Part shown: positions 9,652 to 18,999 of the stretch, piece by piece
How positions within the stretch are numbered: the stretch's first letter is position 1
Layout of the letters: each line of letters opens with the position of its first letter
DNA from: Parcubacteria bacterium C7867-007
GTDB lineage: Bacteria; Patescibacteriota; Minisyncoccia; Phycocordibacterales; Phycocordibacteraceae
Direction: 5' to 3'
Assembly (NCBI GenBank): GCA_001189195.1
Contig: LFCQ01000003.1
Location: 7,059 to 71,058, forward strand
Length of the DNA: 64,000 nucleotides
Notes under the pieces: model-generated
Database searches by the model: none
What the model was told of the DNA's origin: nothing
Seen by the model: the letters and a program-made list of their open reading frames with translations, nothing else
Program-made: the position numbers and the translations under genes

Positions 9652-10395
9652 ATGGATATAGAGGATTTGACCAAGACACAATTGCTGATGCTCACGATTC
9701 TCGTGAACTTCATTCTTTCGATTGCAACCGGTGTGCTGGTTATATCAATGTTGGATCAGTCACCTGCACCAATCACTCAGACGGTGCAACAGATTGTGGA
9801 TCATACGATAGAAACGATCTCTGCACCGATCTCTAGCCCTATTGTTATAAACAAGCCGGCTCCTGCTACACCAACTCAAGAGCAACAGCTCACGGCAGCG
9901 GTTGCAGCCGATGGAGCACGCACCGTTCTTATCCACAAGAACTCAACCTCAACTCCTGCGATAGCATTTGGATTGTACCTTCCAAAGTCTCGTGCAGTTG
10001 CAACATCTGCGGGAGTACCGCTCCCCAAGGAGGTGCTTATAGCCTTTGCTGATGGGTCTGCTGCAGAAGCATCACTTTCAAAGCAAGGGACAGGTATCAC
10101 CATCTACGGATTTGCAGACGATGCGACCCTCCCAGAAGCACCTGCAGCAAATCCTGTAGCAGCTGCAGACTTGAAGCAAGGACAGACTGTTGTTGCACTC
10201 ACGAAAGATCGAGCCGCTATAACCGGCATCATTAGCAAGGTGGATGCTTCAGGTATCACCACCACCTTAACCAGCGTTCCTGCAGGTGCTGGAGTAGTTG
10301 ATCTTTCTGGGAATGTTATTGGCATTGGTTCACCAAGCGGTATTCTATATCCGACGGACCGCATTATGGCGCTGTTGGAGTCGGTATCGCCATAG
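9652..10395 (+). CDS. Membrane-anchored trypsin/HtrA-like protein, catalytic motif degenerate
   Basis: N-terminal TM; 'LKQGQTVVAL...TGIISKV...GAGVVDLSGNVIGI' resembles the HtrA protease C-lobe but lacks GNSGG. Confidence 0.55.
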   Translation: MDIEDLTKTQLLMLTILVNFILSIATGVLVISMLDQSPAPITQTVQQIVDHTIETISAPISSPIVINKPAPATPTQEQQLTAAVAADGARTVLIHKNSTSTPAIAFGLYLPKSRAVATSAGVPLPKEVLIAFADGSAAEASLSKQGTGITIYGFADDATLPEAPAANPVAAADLKQGQTVVALTKDRAAITGIISKVDASGITTTLTSVPAGAGVVDLSGNVIGIGSPSGILYPTDRIMALLESVSP

Positions 10396-10439
10396 CGTCT
10401 TCACCGGGCATTTATAAGGTCTAACGGACTATTCATTCT

Positions 10440-13133
10440 ATGCCCCCTTTCAAGAACTTCACCACCAAGGCAAAAGAAGCTATAAAGCGAGCCCACGAGC
10501 TCGCTATTGAACGTGGTCAGAACCACGTAAGTCCGCTTCACCTCCTCACGGCCCTCATACACCAGGAGGAAAGTCTTGTATTTTCTGTACTTGATCGCAT
10601 GGACATCGATACCATGCTTCTCTCGGACACACTCCTTGAGTCACTTGAATCTCCGGACCCCACGTCGGTACTTTCTCCTTCCTATAACCTGTACCTCACT
10701 CCGGACCTTGCGGAGGCACTTGAGGCAGCAGGAAAGGTTGCTGCACGCATGAACGATTCCTTCATTGGAACAGAACATCTCTTTGTTGCGGTTATTGAAC
10801 ACCCTGGCCCTGCAGAAGAGATCCTTAGTCGATTCAAGATTGATGAGGAAACAGTCGAGCTTGTGCTCAAGGAACTTAAAACATCTAAGGATGGACAGAT
10901 TGCTGAACCAAAGCGCTTCCGTGCACTTTCTAAGTACACACGTAACCTAACGAAGCTTGCTCAGGACAATGCGCTTGATCCGGTCATTGGTCGTGACCAG
11001 GAAATCAATCGTGTGATTCAAATTCTGTCACGCCGTACCAAGAACAACCCTGTCCTTATCGGTGAAGCAGGTGTGGGGAAGACTGCTATCGCAGAGGGTC
11101 TCGCCCTACGCTTAGCAACCGGTGACGTTCCTGAGTCACTTAAGAATAAGGAACTCCTCTCCCTAGACCTTGGCATGATGATCGCGGGTACTAAGTACCG
11201 TGGTGAGTTTGAGGAGCGCATGAAGGCAGTGATGAAGGAGGTGGAGAAGTCCGAAGGGAAGGTGATTGTATTTGTGGATGAGCTCCATACATTGGTGGGT
11301 GCGGGTGCTGCAGAGGGATCACTAGACGCAACCAACATGTTGAAGCCTGCACTGGCACGCGGTGAGATACGTATGATTGGTGCCACCACCCTTAAGGAGT
11401 ATCAACAGCATATTGAAAAGGATGCTGCCCTCACACGCCGCTTCCAGCCTGTGTATGTGAACGAACCAAACACTGAAGATGCCATTGCCATCCTTCGTGG
11501 TCTACGTGATAAGTACGAACTCTTCCATGGTGTTCGTATCACTGATGGGGCCATTGTGTCTGCGGTAGAACTATCTAGTCGCTATATCACCGACCGATTC
11601 CTTCCCGATAAGGCTATAGATCTTGTGGATGAAGCAGCCTCTGGTCTGCGTATTGCTCTTGAAAACAAACCACCACTCCTTGAAGATACGGATCGCAAGA
11701 TACGACGTCTGGAAATTGAACACGCAGCCCTTAAGAAGGATGATGCAACGCTTTCAGAGCAAGGTCGTGAGAACAGCAAGGATATTCGTGAGCGCGTAAA
11801 GGCAATTGATACAGAGATAGCTGATCTTCGTGAAAAAACTGCAGAGCTTGAACTGAAGTGGAAGAATGAGAAGGAAGTACTGCAAGATATTCGTTCACTC
11901 AAGGGTGAGCTTGATCGCCTTCGTGTTGCCGCAGACAATGCAGAAGCAACCGCAGACCTTGGTACAGCAGCAGAGATTCGGTATGGACGGATCCCACACC
12001 TTCAGAAGGAGCTGGAGGCGAAGACCAAACGTCTTAAGACACTTCAGAAGTCTCGCCGTATCTTGCACGAAGAGGTAACAGAGCATGAGATTGCTGGAGT
12101 GGTCTCACGATGGACGGGAGTACCCGTAGCTAAGATGATTGAAGAAGAAGCAGCAAAGCTTGCTCGCATGGAGGAAGCGCTTCAAGGTGCCGTCATCGGA
12201 CAGAGCCAAGCTATCAGAATTGTTACCGATGCCGTAAAGCGATCACGGGTGGGTATCGCAGATCCTAACCGTCCGATTGGTTCATTCATCTTTCTTGGAC
12301 CAACAGGAGTGGGAAAGACAGAACTATCAAAGCGTCTTGCAGAATTCATGTTCAATGATCGTGATGCACTCGTTCGTGTAGATATGTCTGAGTTTATGGA
12401 GAAGCACTCAATTGCAAAACTCATTGGTGCTCCTCCAGGCTATGTTGGCTACGATGAGGCAGGTTCACTCACTGAACGTATTCGACACCGTCCGTATGCC
12501 GTTGTTCTCTTCGATGAAATTGAGAAGGCACACCCTGAAGTATTTAACATTCTCTTGCAGGTACTTGATTCAGGACATCTCACCGACAGCAAGGGGCGCA
12601 AAGTGAACTTCAAGAACACCATCATCATCCTCACCTCAAACATTGGTGCAGAGTATATGGACCGTATGGCTAACATCGGATTCGGTGCTGCTGAACAGGT
12701 TGAATCTGCACAATACGAACAGATGAAAGAGAAGGTTCTTGGTTCTCTCAAGGAGCAATTCCGTCCCGAGTTCCTCAATCGCCTGGATGACATAATTATC
12801 TTCGATCCTCTTTCAAAGGAAGCGCTTGTAGATATTGTTGAGAATCAAGTGGCCGAAGTGGTGGAGCGTCTAAGTGGCAAGCGTATCACTCTCGCTATCA
12901 TGCCTGAAGTACGTGCATGGCTTGCCGAGAAGGGATATAACCCTCAGTACGGAGCACGTCCTCTAAAACGTACTATTCAGGATAAGATCCTCACCCCTAT
13001 CGCTTCACTTATGGTTGGACAGGGAATTATGGATGGAGGAACCGTTACGATCTCTCTTAAGAACGGGGAACCCCACTTTGAGGTGAAGAAGGCCGCAACC
13101 CGAACCCGTCGCAACGCGGCCGTACCTGCCTAG
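10440..13133 (+). CDS. clpB: AAA+ disaggregase ClpB
   Basis: Two Walker A motifs ([16 protein letters not shown]), long middle coiled coil, [21 protein letters not shown]. Confidence 0.95.
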   Translation: MPPFKNFTTKAKEAIKRAHELAIERGQNHVSPLHLLTALIHQEESLVFSVLDRMDIDTMLLSDTLLESLESPDPTSVLSPSYNLYLTPDLAEALEAAGKVAARMNDSFIGTEHLFVAVIEHPGPAEEILSRFKIDEETVELVLKELKTSKDGQIAEPKRFRALSKYTRNLTKLAQDNALDPVIGRDQEINRVIQILSRRTKNNPVLIGEAGVGKTAIAEGLALRLATGDVPESLKNKELLSLDLGMMIAGTKYRGEFEERMKAVMKEVEKSEGKVIVFVDELHTLVGAGAAEGSLDATNMLKPALARGEIRMIGATTLKEYQQHIEKDAALTRRFQPVYVNEPNTEDAIAILRGLRDKYELFHGVRITDGAIVSAVELSSRYITDRFLPDKAIDLVDEAASGLRIALENKPPLLEDTDRKIRRLEIEHAALKKDDATLSEQGRENSKDIRERVKAIDTEIADLREKTAELELKWKNEKEVLQDIRSLKGELDRLRVAADNAEATADLGTAAEIRYGRIPHLQKELEAKTKRLKTLQKSRRILHEEVTEHEIAGVVSRWTGVPVAKMIEEEAAKLARMEEALQGAVIGQSQAIRIVTDAVKRSRVGIADPNRPIGSFIFLGPTGVGKTELSKRLAEFMFNDRDALVRVDMSEFMEKHSIAKLIGAPPGYVGYDEAGSLTERIRHRPYAVVLFDEIEKAHPEVFNILLQVLDSGHLTDSKGRKVNFKNTIIILTSNIGAEYMDRMANIGFGAAEQVESAQYEQMKEKVLGSLKEQFRPEFLNRLDDIIIFDPLSKEALVDIVENQVAEVVERLSGKRITLAIMPEVRAWLAEKGYNPQYGARPLKRTIQDKILTPIASLMVGQGIMDGGTVTISLKNGEPHFEVKKAATRTRRNAAVPA

Positions 13134-13169
13134 TTGCCGGTATACCGCCACTCTGGTACAGTATTCCCA

Positions 13170-13322
13170 ATGTCACAGGTAAACCTCATAAAGGTGAAGA
13201 GCGCCTCAGGCCTCGTACTATTCACCCGCAAGAATAAGAAAAAGGTGGATCGTAAGCTTGAACTTAAGAAGTTCGACAAGAACACCCGCAAGCGTGAAAT
13301 CTTCAAGGAAGTAAAGAAGTAA
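13170..13322 (+). CDS. rpmG: 50S ribosomal protein L33 (Cys-free form)
   Basis: MSQVNLIKVKS...TRKNKKKVDRKLELKKFDKNTRKREIFKEVK. Confidence 0.92.
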   Translation: MSQVNLIKVKSASGLVLFTRKNKKKVDRKLELKKFDKNTRKREIFKEVKK

Positions 13323-13354
13323 AAGAAACCGCCCGAAAGGGCGGTCTTCTTTTG
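13323..13354 (+). terminator. Intrinsic terminator
   Basis: ACCGCCC-GAAA-GGGCGGT followed by CTTCTTTT. Confidence 0.85.
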
Positions 13355-13442
13355 TCTTGATTGAGAATACAATCCTTACGTGCAAGTTGACATATGTAGC
13401 ATAAGAATGCATTATATGATCTGGACAACAAAGGAGAAGTAG

Positions 13443-13616
13443 ATGTCCGAAGACTTGGAACCACTGCCATCCTCAGAGGAAATGATCGAACGGATTTGTG
13501 AGAAACTGTACGGTCCGATCGTAGACCTCGAGTTCCACAGGGCAGTGAGAAAAATTGAAGGTGTATCTATTGATTCCGAACATGCTGAATGGGTACTTTC
13601 GTTGTTCGGTGTCTAA
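13443..13616 (+). CDS. Small hypothetical protein, 57 aa (below the ORF-track cutoff)
   Basis: MSEDLEPLPSSEEMIERICEKLYGPIVDLEFHRAVRKIEGVSIDSEHAEWVLSLFGV; SD AAGGAG; TTGACA(13387)-N17-CATTAT; downstream hairpin GCACCTGTC/GACGGGTGC plus T-tract. Confidence 0.6.
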   Translation: MSEDLEPLPSSEEMIERICEKLYGPIVDLEFHRAVRKIEGVSIDSEHAEWVLSLFGV

Positions 13617-13813
13617 GTGAAGTAAGAATAGTTGTGTGTAAAGAAACATCTTAGAAAATACCAAGGGTTCTAAAGGAACCAAACCGCACCTGTCCTAGAC
13701 GGGTGCATTTTATTTCTATTAGGAAGTGTGCGGGTCCTGTGGGACGATATTCGACTCAATATATAAAAGAAATACCCCAGGCAGAGGAGTCGGACCTCGG
13801 CCTGGGGCAACTG

Positions 13814-14146
13814 TTAGAACCAGTCGTACTTTGGATCATCCATACGGACGAGCCGGATGGACCTTTCGTACCTGACCCAGAACTTTCCCGGCTTGTACAT
13901 AGGAAGCCGAGGGATAGATTCCAATCGCGGTTGCTCGATCTTGCCTGCAGCAATGAATTCACGGCAGAGAGCCTCAGCCTGTTCGGGGAATTCGTGCCAC
14001 GGCCACCCCTTGTATTGTTGGATGACCTTGTCCCAATCCTCAGGGATTCGGCAGGCAGTTCGGCTCACGATTTTCACAACGATGGCGGGATTCTTTTTCC
14101 CCTCCACCATATCAGCGATGCAGTTTGAAACACTAAGTCCGATCAT
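13814..14146 (-). CDS. Hypothetical protein, phage-like orphan downstream of tRNA-Trp
   Basis: MIGLSVSNCIADMVEGKK...; SD AAGGAG; TTGACT at 14325-14320; hairpin CCCCAGGC/GCCTGGGG after the stop. Confidence 0.65.
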   Translation of the reverse strand: MIGLSVSNCIADMVEGKKNPAIVVKIVSRTACRIPEDWDKVIQQYKGWPWHEFPEQAEALCREFIAAGKIEQPRLESIPRLPMYKPGKFWVRYERSIRLVRMDDPKYDWF

Positions 14147-14327
14147 GGTCAGTCTCCTTGAATGGTTGGTACGCGTGAGCGCACCTTCCATAGAAGAAGA
14201 AAGAGTAATCGGAGGTGCGCGGTGATAGCCTGCAATCAGCCTTTATCTTCGATGACGCATTATGTCCTCCGTACGTTAATGTGCAGTACAGAAAGCATAA
14301 AAACACGTATAATATGAAAAGTCAATG

Positions 14328-14398
14328 CGGGCCCACGAGGAATCGAACCTCGGCCGACGGTTTTGGAGACCGACGTTCTACCATTAAACTATAGGCCC
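14328..14398 (-). tRNA. tRNA-Trp(CCA)
   Basis: GGGCCTA TAGTTTAATGGTAGAAC, loop CTCCAAA, CGAGG-TTCGATT-CCTCG. Confidence 0.95.
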
Positions 14399-14473
14399 TG
14401 TATAGGAACGATAGCAGAACCGTGCGCTACGGGCAAAGCTGCTTATTTGAGGTGGTACGATACAAGTAACAAT

Positions 14474-15430
14474 ATGGTGGCTAAACGCGCGCTTTTAAGT
14501 TTTGTTCTCTTTACTCTTGTTTCAGTGCCGCTTTCTGTGTTTGCTGCGGAGACAAGCTTCTTTGGTCCGATCATTCCTCAAGAAGGAGATAAGTGTTATT
14601 GCCCTGGTAAGGCAATGGACTGGGGGTGTGCACTCGAAGTGTTTCAGAATGTGTTGAACGCCCTAATTTCACTTGGAGTAGTAGCGGTGGTGTTTTTCAT
14701 CGGATGGGCAGGGTTCCTGCTTATGACGGGTGGATCAAATCCAGCAACACGCACGAAAGCAAAGAATCGTATGCTCAGTGGGGTGGTTGGCCTCGCAGTT
14801 ATTCTCGGCGCCTTCCTTATCGTTGATACGGTAATGAAGATCCTCTATAACCCAGATACTGCTCTTGAAAAAGGTACCTTCGGTCCTTGGAATGAGATTC
14901 TCTCTGGTGCAGAAGATAACTATTGCGTGGTTGTGAACGAGACTCCCGGTGTGCTGAATAATGGAAGTGTGATGGATATCATAAGCAACGCACTTAATCT
15001 TGGCACCACTAATTCATCAACCAAAGGTGCTGCCACCACTCCCGGTGGAACAATATCTGGAGGATATACCTATGATCCTGGTATTAAAGCCCAGACTGTT
15101 CATGCATCAGGTGAGCTCACCGCCCTGCTAAGTTGTATGAGACCAAAACTTCCCGCAGGTGTTGGTCGTATATCTTCGATCTCAGATAGTGCCATTGTGA
15201 ACGGAAGCAAAACCTTTAATAAGTGTGCAGCGTCAGGCTGTGCACACACCATTAATTCATGTCACTACGGAGGCAAAGCATGTGTGGGGCGCTCACTTGC
15301 TGTTGATTTTGGTGATGAAGACAATGCAAGCGTGCTTAAGGCAGCTGCTATTTCGTGTGGAGCAAACACAGCAGTGAATGAAGGCGATCACCTTCATGTG
15401 AGTGTGGGGAAGTCGTGTGGTTGTAACTGA
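14474..15430 (+). CDS. Pilin-like membrane protein fused to a predicted M15/LAS-type zinc peptidase domain
   Basis: Signal peptide ending in VFA, pilin core 'GFLLMTGGSNPATRTKAKNRMLSGVVGLAVILGAFLIV'; C-terminal 'RISSIS...NSCHYGG...AVDF...NEGDHLHVS' (His, Asp, HxH). Confidence 0.65.
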   Translation: MVAKRALLSFVLFTLVSVPLSVFAAETSFFGPIIPQEGDKCYCPGKAMDWGCALEVFQNVLNALISLGVVAVVFFIGWAGFLLMTGGSNPATRTKAKNRMLSGVVGLAVILGAFLIVDTVMKILYNPDTALEKGTFGPWNEILSGAEDNYCVVVNETPGVLNNGSVMDIISNALNLGTTNSSTKGAATTPGGTISGGYTYDPGIKAQTVHASGELTALLSCMRPKLPAGVGRISSISDSAIVNGSKTFNKCAASGCAHTINSCHYGGKACVGRSLAVDFGDEDNASVLKAAAISCGANTAVNEGDHLHVSVGKSCGCN

Positions 15431-16455
15431 TGTCGTACAATAGAAATACTTATATGGGAATGCGCGCTTTTCTTTTCTCTTCCAGTGCTGCAGCACTGGC
15501 ATCTGTGCCCTTTGCAGTCTTTGCGGCAGAGACAAGCTTCTTTGGTCCTATCATTCCACAGATTGGTGAGTGTGTATGCGAAGGAAGTGCAATGGATTGG
15601 GGATGTGTACTGGTTGTTGCGCAAGGATTTCTAGGAGCACTCGTTTCCTTTGGTGTTCTGGCAGTGGTCTTCTACATTGGCTATGCAGGCTTCACTCTTA
15701 TAACGAGTGGTGGTAACCCGGCAACCCGTACGAAAGCAAAGAATCGTATGCTCAGTGCCGTAGTTGGTCTCGCGGTTATTCTCGGGGCATTCCTTATCGT
15801 TGATACGGTAATGAAGATTCTCTATAACCCAGATACTGCTCTTGAAAGCGGCACCTTTGGTCCTTGGAATGAAATCTTTGTAGGAGGAGAAGAAAACTAT
15901 TGTGTTGCAGTGAATATGAATCCAGGTGTGCTGAATGATGGAAGTGTGGCAGACATTATAAGCAACGCACTTAATCCAGGCACCACTACCTCATCGACAA
16001 TGGGTGGAGGGACTGCTCCGTCAGGTTCAGGTGCTCCTAGCTCAGCGGGAGGAAGGTGTCAGGTTAAAACCAGTGGACCATGCGCAACCTCAAACTTCAC
16101 GGCAGCATTTGGTGCAGCGGCAGGTCAAGCCTCGCAAATCTGTTCTGCAGAAAGTGGTAACGGAACTCTTCTTGAAGGAGATAGAACCACTTCAGGCAAG
16201 CCGGTGTCGTTCGGACTCTTTCAGATTAATATAACGGCGCATCCTGTTGCTGGACTGCAGTGTCCAAAAGCATTTGATCGCTTGTTCACGGGGTCAAACA
16301 AGAACGTTAAAATACTAGATGCGGATCTCTATCAAAAGTGTAGAACGGCTGCTCTTAATAGTTCTAATAATGCAGCGGTTGCCGCTAAAATATTCAAGGG
16401 CGATAAAAATAGCTGGAGGCAGTGGAGTACCCGTAGAACGTGTGGATTACCCTAA
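15430..16455 (+). CDS. Pilin-like membrane protein fused to a lysozyme-like/lytic transglycosylase domain
   Basis: Same N-terminal module as the upstream gene; C-terminal 'ICSAESG' (catalytic Glu-Ser), 'SFGLFQIN', 'NNAAVAAKIF...SWRQWS'. Confidence 0.75.
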   Translation: MSYNRNTYMGMRAFLFSSSAAALASVPFAVFAAETSFFGPIIPQIGECVCEGSAMDWGCVLVVAQGFLGALVSFGVLAVVFYIGYAGFTLITSGGNPATRTKAKNRMLSAVVGLAVILGAFLIVDTVMKILYNPDTALESGTFGPWNEIFVGGEENYCVAVNMNPGVLNDGSVADIISNALNPGTTTSSTMGGGTAPSGSGAPSSAGGRCQVKTSGPCATSNFTAAFGAAAGQASQICSAESGNGTLLEGDRTTSGKPVSFGLFQINITAHPVAGLQCPKAFDRLFTGSNKNVKILDADLYQKCRTAALNSSNNAAVAAKIFKGDKNSWRQWSTRRTCGLP

Positions 16456-16458
16456 TAT

Positions 16459-17004
16459 ATGCCTATGAAAAAAACTCTTGTAATTAGTAGTGTGGTCGTA
16501 GTTGTTGCTCTTGTTGCGATGGGAGTATTTTTGGTCATGACTAATTCTAGTAACCCATCAGGTATTGCTACATCCACCAACCCGTTCGGGAATCCTGGAT
16601 TAGGTGGTGGTCAAGGTACCACTACAATGAGTGAAATCATTTCGATTAAGAATCGTGATGGAGAGATACGAACCGTTCCTGATTTTACAAAAGACCACCC
16701 AAGCATTGAGCAGACAAGTGGAACGTACTATTACGTTACCCAAAACGAGCAGAACGAAGAAATGTATCCGGACTTCTCGATTGTCTACGGTTCAGACTCG
16801 TCACTGTCTATCGGTATCTTCGCTGAACCACTCGGTGCATCTCGCCTCCACGCAGAGCAAGTACTTAAGAAACTTCTTGGACTTTCAAATAGTGAACTTT
16901 GTAAGCTGGATGTAGCGGTCATGGTCCCTGTTGATGTGAGCGAGACCTATGCAGCTAGAGATCTAGGACTTAGCTTTTGTCCGGGAGCGGTGAAGCTTCC
17001 GTAA
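16459..17004 (+). CDS. Hypothetical membrane-anchored extracellular protein
   Basis: Single N-terminal TM, 'ATST' linker, C-terminal Cys pair (LCKL...LSFCP); 3 nt after the upstream stop. Confidence 0.7.
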   Translation: MPMKKTLVISSVVVVVALVAMGVFLVMTNSSNPSGIATSTNPFGNPGLGGGQGTTTMSEIISIKNRDGEIRTVPDFTKDHPSIEQTSGTYYYVTQNEQNEEMYPDFSIVYGSDSSLSIGIFAEPLGASRLHAEQVLKKLLGLSNSELCKLDVAVMVPVDVSETYAARDLGLSFCPGAVKLP

Positions 17005-17821
17005 GCTTCCTGAGCCACTTCTTTTGTTCTCGGGCATAATGCCACAGCTTCACTGAAAGAGCGCCTAAGAGGGAATCTTCACTACGTTCACCGCGCAGGT
17101 ATTCACCAACCACGCGATACTCAAGGCCTAATTCAGTAAGCCTTGTGTCTCCCACACGATCACGGGTACGGCGTACTTCGTCTATTAGACCCCGATCTAG
17201 TGCCTGCTGTAGTCGAGCTTCAATACGTGGACGGAGCTCTTCTTTAGGAGGGTCAATAACAACCCACTCTACATCGTATGCAGCATTGGTCCGTTGCCTT
17301 TCTGGTACGGAACCGTGGAGTGCAATCATTTCTGCTGCCCGCACTAACCGGCGACGGTTATGAGGATCAAGCATTTGTGCACGACGAGGATCCTTGGCGC
17401 TTATGCGTGCAAAGAGTTCAGCAGTCGGAAGTGTCTCTAACTCTGCACGAATGATCGGGTCACTTTGAATCTCAGGAAGTCCATACAAAAGAGCATCAAA
17501 ATAGAAGTGGGTACCTCCTGCAAGTACTGCTTTCTTTCCCTGTCTATGCAGATCTGCAATGATCGTTCGTGCATCTGATACAAAGTCTCCGGCACTGTAC
17601 ACCTCTTCAGGTTCACGAACATCTATTAAGTGATGTACCACACCCTGCATTTCCTCTGTAGTGAGTTTCTCAGTACCTATATCAAGAGTTCGATACACCT
17701 GACGTGAATCAACAGATATAACCTCACTCCCCAGCTCCTTTGCAAGAGAAATGGCACGCGCTGACTTACCACTTGCAGTGGGTCCAATGACGGCAATTAT
17801 AGGAATTCGCTGCTCTGTCAT
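16970..17821 (-). CDS. miaA: tRNA dimethylallyltransferase
   Basis: GPTASGKS, ISVDSRQVYR.LDIGTEK, HHLID, GGTHFY. Confidence 0.96.
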   Translation of the reverse strand: MTEQRIPIIAVIGPTASGKSARAISLAKELGSEVISVDSRQVYRTLDIGTEKLTTEEMQGVVHHLIDVREPEEVYSAGDFVSDARTIIADLHRQGKKAVLAGGTHFYFDALLYGLPEIQSDPIIRAELETLPTAELFARISAKDPRRAQMLDPHNRRRLVRAAEMIALHGSVPERQRTNAAYDVEWVVIDPPKEELRPRIEARLQQALDRGLIDEVRRTRDRVGDTRLTELGLEYRVVGEYLRGERSEDSLLGALSVKLWHYAREQKKWLRKLTEASPLPDKS

Positions 17822-17855
17822 GTATGCTCGCGATCCTACCACATAAAACCATTAG

Positions 17856-17937
17856 TGCCGGGGGAGGGAGTCGAACCCTCATGCCTTGCGGCAGTGGGTT
17901 TTGAATCCACCGCGTATAACCATTCCGCCACCCCGGC
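17856..17937 (-). tRNA. tRNA-Leu(CAA)
   Basis: GCCGGGG TGGCGGAATGG, loop TTCAAAA, long variable arm, GAGGG-TTCGACT-CCCTC. Confidence 0.95.
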
Positions 17938-18006
17938 GATACGCACATCGTACTCCAGTGGTACGCGCATCGCAAAGTCATGTTCGGGTGATACAATTGC
18001 GTAATC

Positions 18007-18999
18007 ATGAACGATGCAAATTACGTCCCCACCAAATACGACTCTGTATTCTGGGTCCCCACGGATCGCATCCAACCAAACCCCTATCAACCACGTCGTG
18101 AGTTTGATGAAGATCGTCTCAAAGCGCTCGCAGAAAGTATTCGGCAGTATGGTGTGCTTCAACCGTTAGTCGTCACTCGCACGGAAGTTGAGACATTGAG
18201 TGGTGGACTACAAAGCTCCTATGAACTCATTGCAGGAGAACGTCGTCTCCGTGCATCAAAACTCATTGGTCTGAAAGAAGTACCGGTGGTGATTCGTGTT
18301 GGCGAGCAGTCTGATAGCGTAAAACTTGAACTCGCTATCATTGAGAACGTACAACGTGAAGACCTTAACTCTATCGATCGTGCCAAGGCACTCGCACAGC
18401 TTGCAGAAGAGTTCGGTCTATCGCACGGAGAGATTGGTGCAAAGGTAGGTCGTAGTCGTGAGTATGTTTCCAACTCCATTCGTCTCCTCCTCCTTCCTGA
18501 AGCCATCCAACAAGCAGTCGTTGATAAGGAAATCACAGAAGGGCATGCACGTGCACTTCTTATGCTTAACGATAAGCCAGAAGAGCGAGACACACTTTTC
18601 AAGGAGATCGTCCTTAAGAAGACATCGGTTCGTATGGTGGAACAACTTGCTCGCCGTCTAGCACAAGACAAGATTCGTAAGCATGACAAGACACCAGAAA
18701 TGATGGCTCTGGAAAAGTCCCTCACCGAAACACTTGGTACCCGTGTACTTATTGAGAACCGTCCGAAAGGTGGACGTGTACTTATTGAATTCTTCTCTTC
18801 AGAAGACCTCGCACACATTGCACAGATTCTCGCTGAGCGTCAGGAGCACGAGGCAACTATGAGCAAAGCAGCACAGTTGAGTGTGGCAGAAGTCGCATCA
18901 GCTGAGATGCCTATTCATCCCAACACGACCCAACTCAACCCTATCGCACAAGAGTCTACCGATGAGGATATATATGCGGTGAGCAGCTTCTCTGTTTAA
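18007..18999 (+). CDS. parB: ParB/Spo0J chromosome partition protein
   Basis: PNPYQPRREF, GVLQPLVV, IAGERRLRAS, IIENVQREDL, HTH. Confidence 0.95.
   Translation: MNDANYVPTKYDSVFWVPTDRIQPNPYQPRREFDEDRLKALAESIRQYGVLQPLVVTRTEVETLSGGLQSSYELIAGERRLRASKLIGLKEVPVVIRVGEQSDSVKLELAIIENVQREDLNSIDRAKALAQLAEEFGLSHGEIGAKVGRSREYVSNSIRLLLLPEAIQQAVVDKEITEGHARALLMLNDKPEERDTLFKEIVLKKTSVRMVEQLARRLAQDKIRKHDKTPEMMALEKSLTETLGTRVLIENRPKGGRVLIEFFSSEDLAHIAQILAERQEHEATMSKAAQLSVAEVASAEMPIHPNTTQLNPIAQESTDEDIYAVSSFSV

Noticed and set aside
14363-14473. ORF-track N-terminal extensions (also infB 8514, VIT 29305, anti-sigma 36137, ddl 57438, GT2 63736)
   Set aside because: They run through tRNAs, promoters or neighbouring genes; downstream ATGs with a -10 box or a stop-start overlap are better starts.
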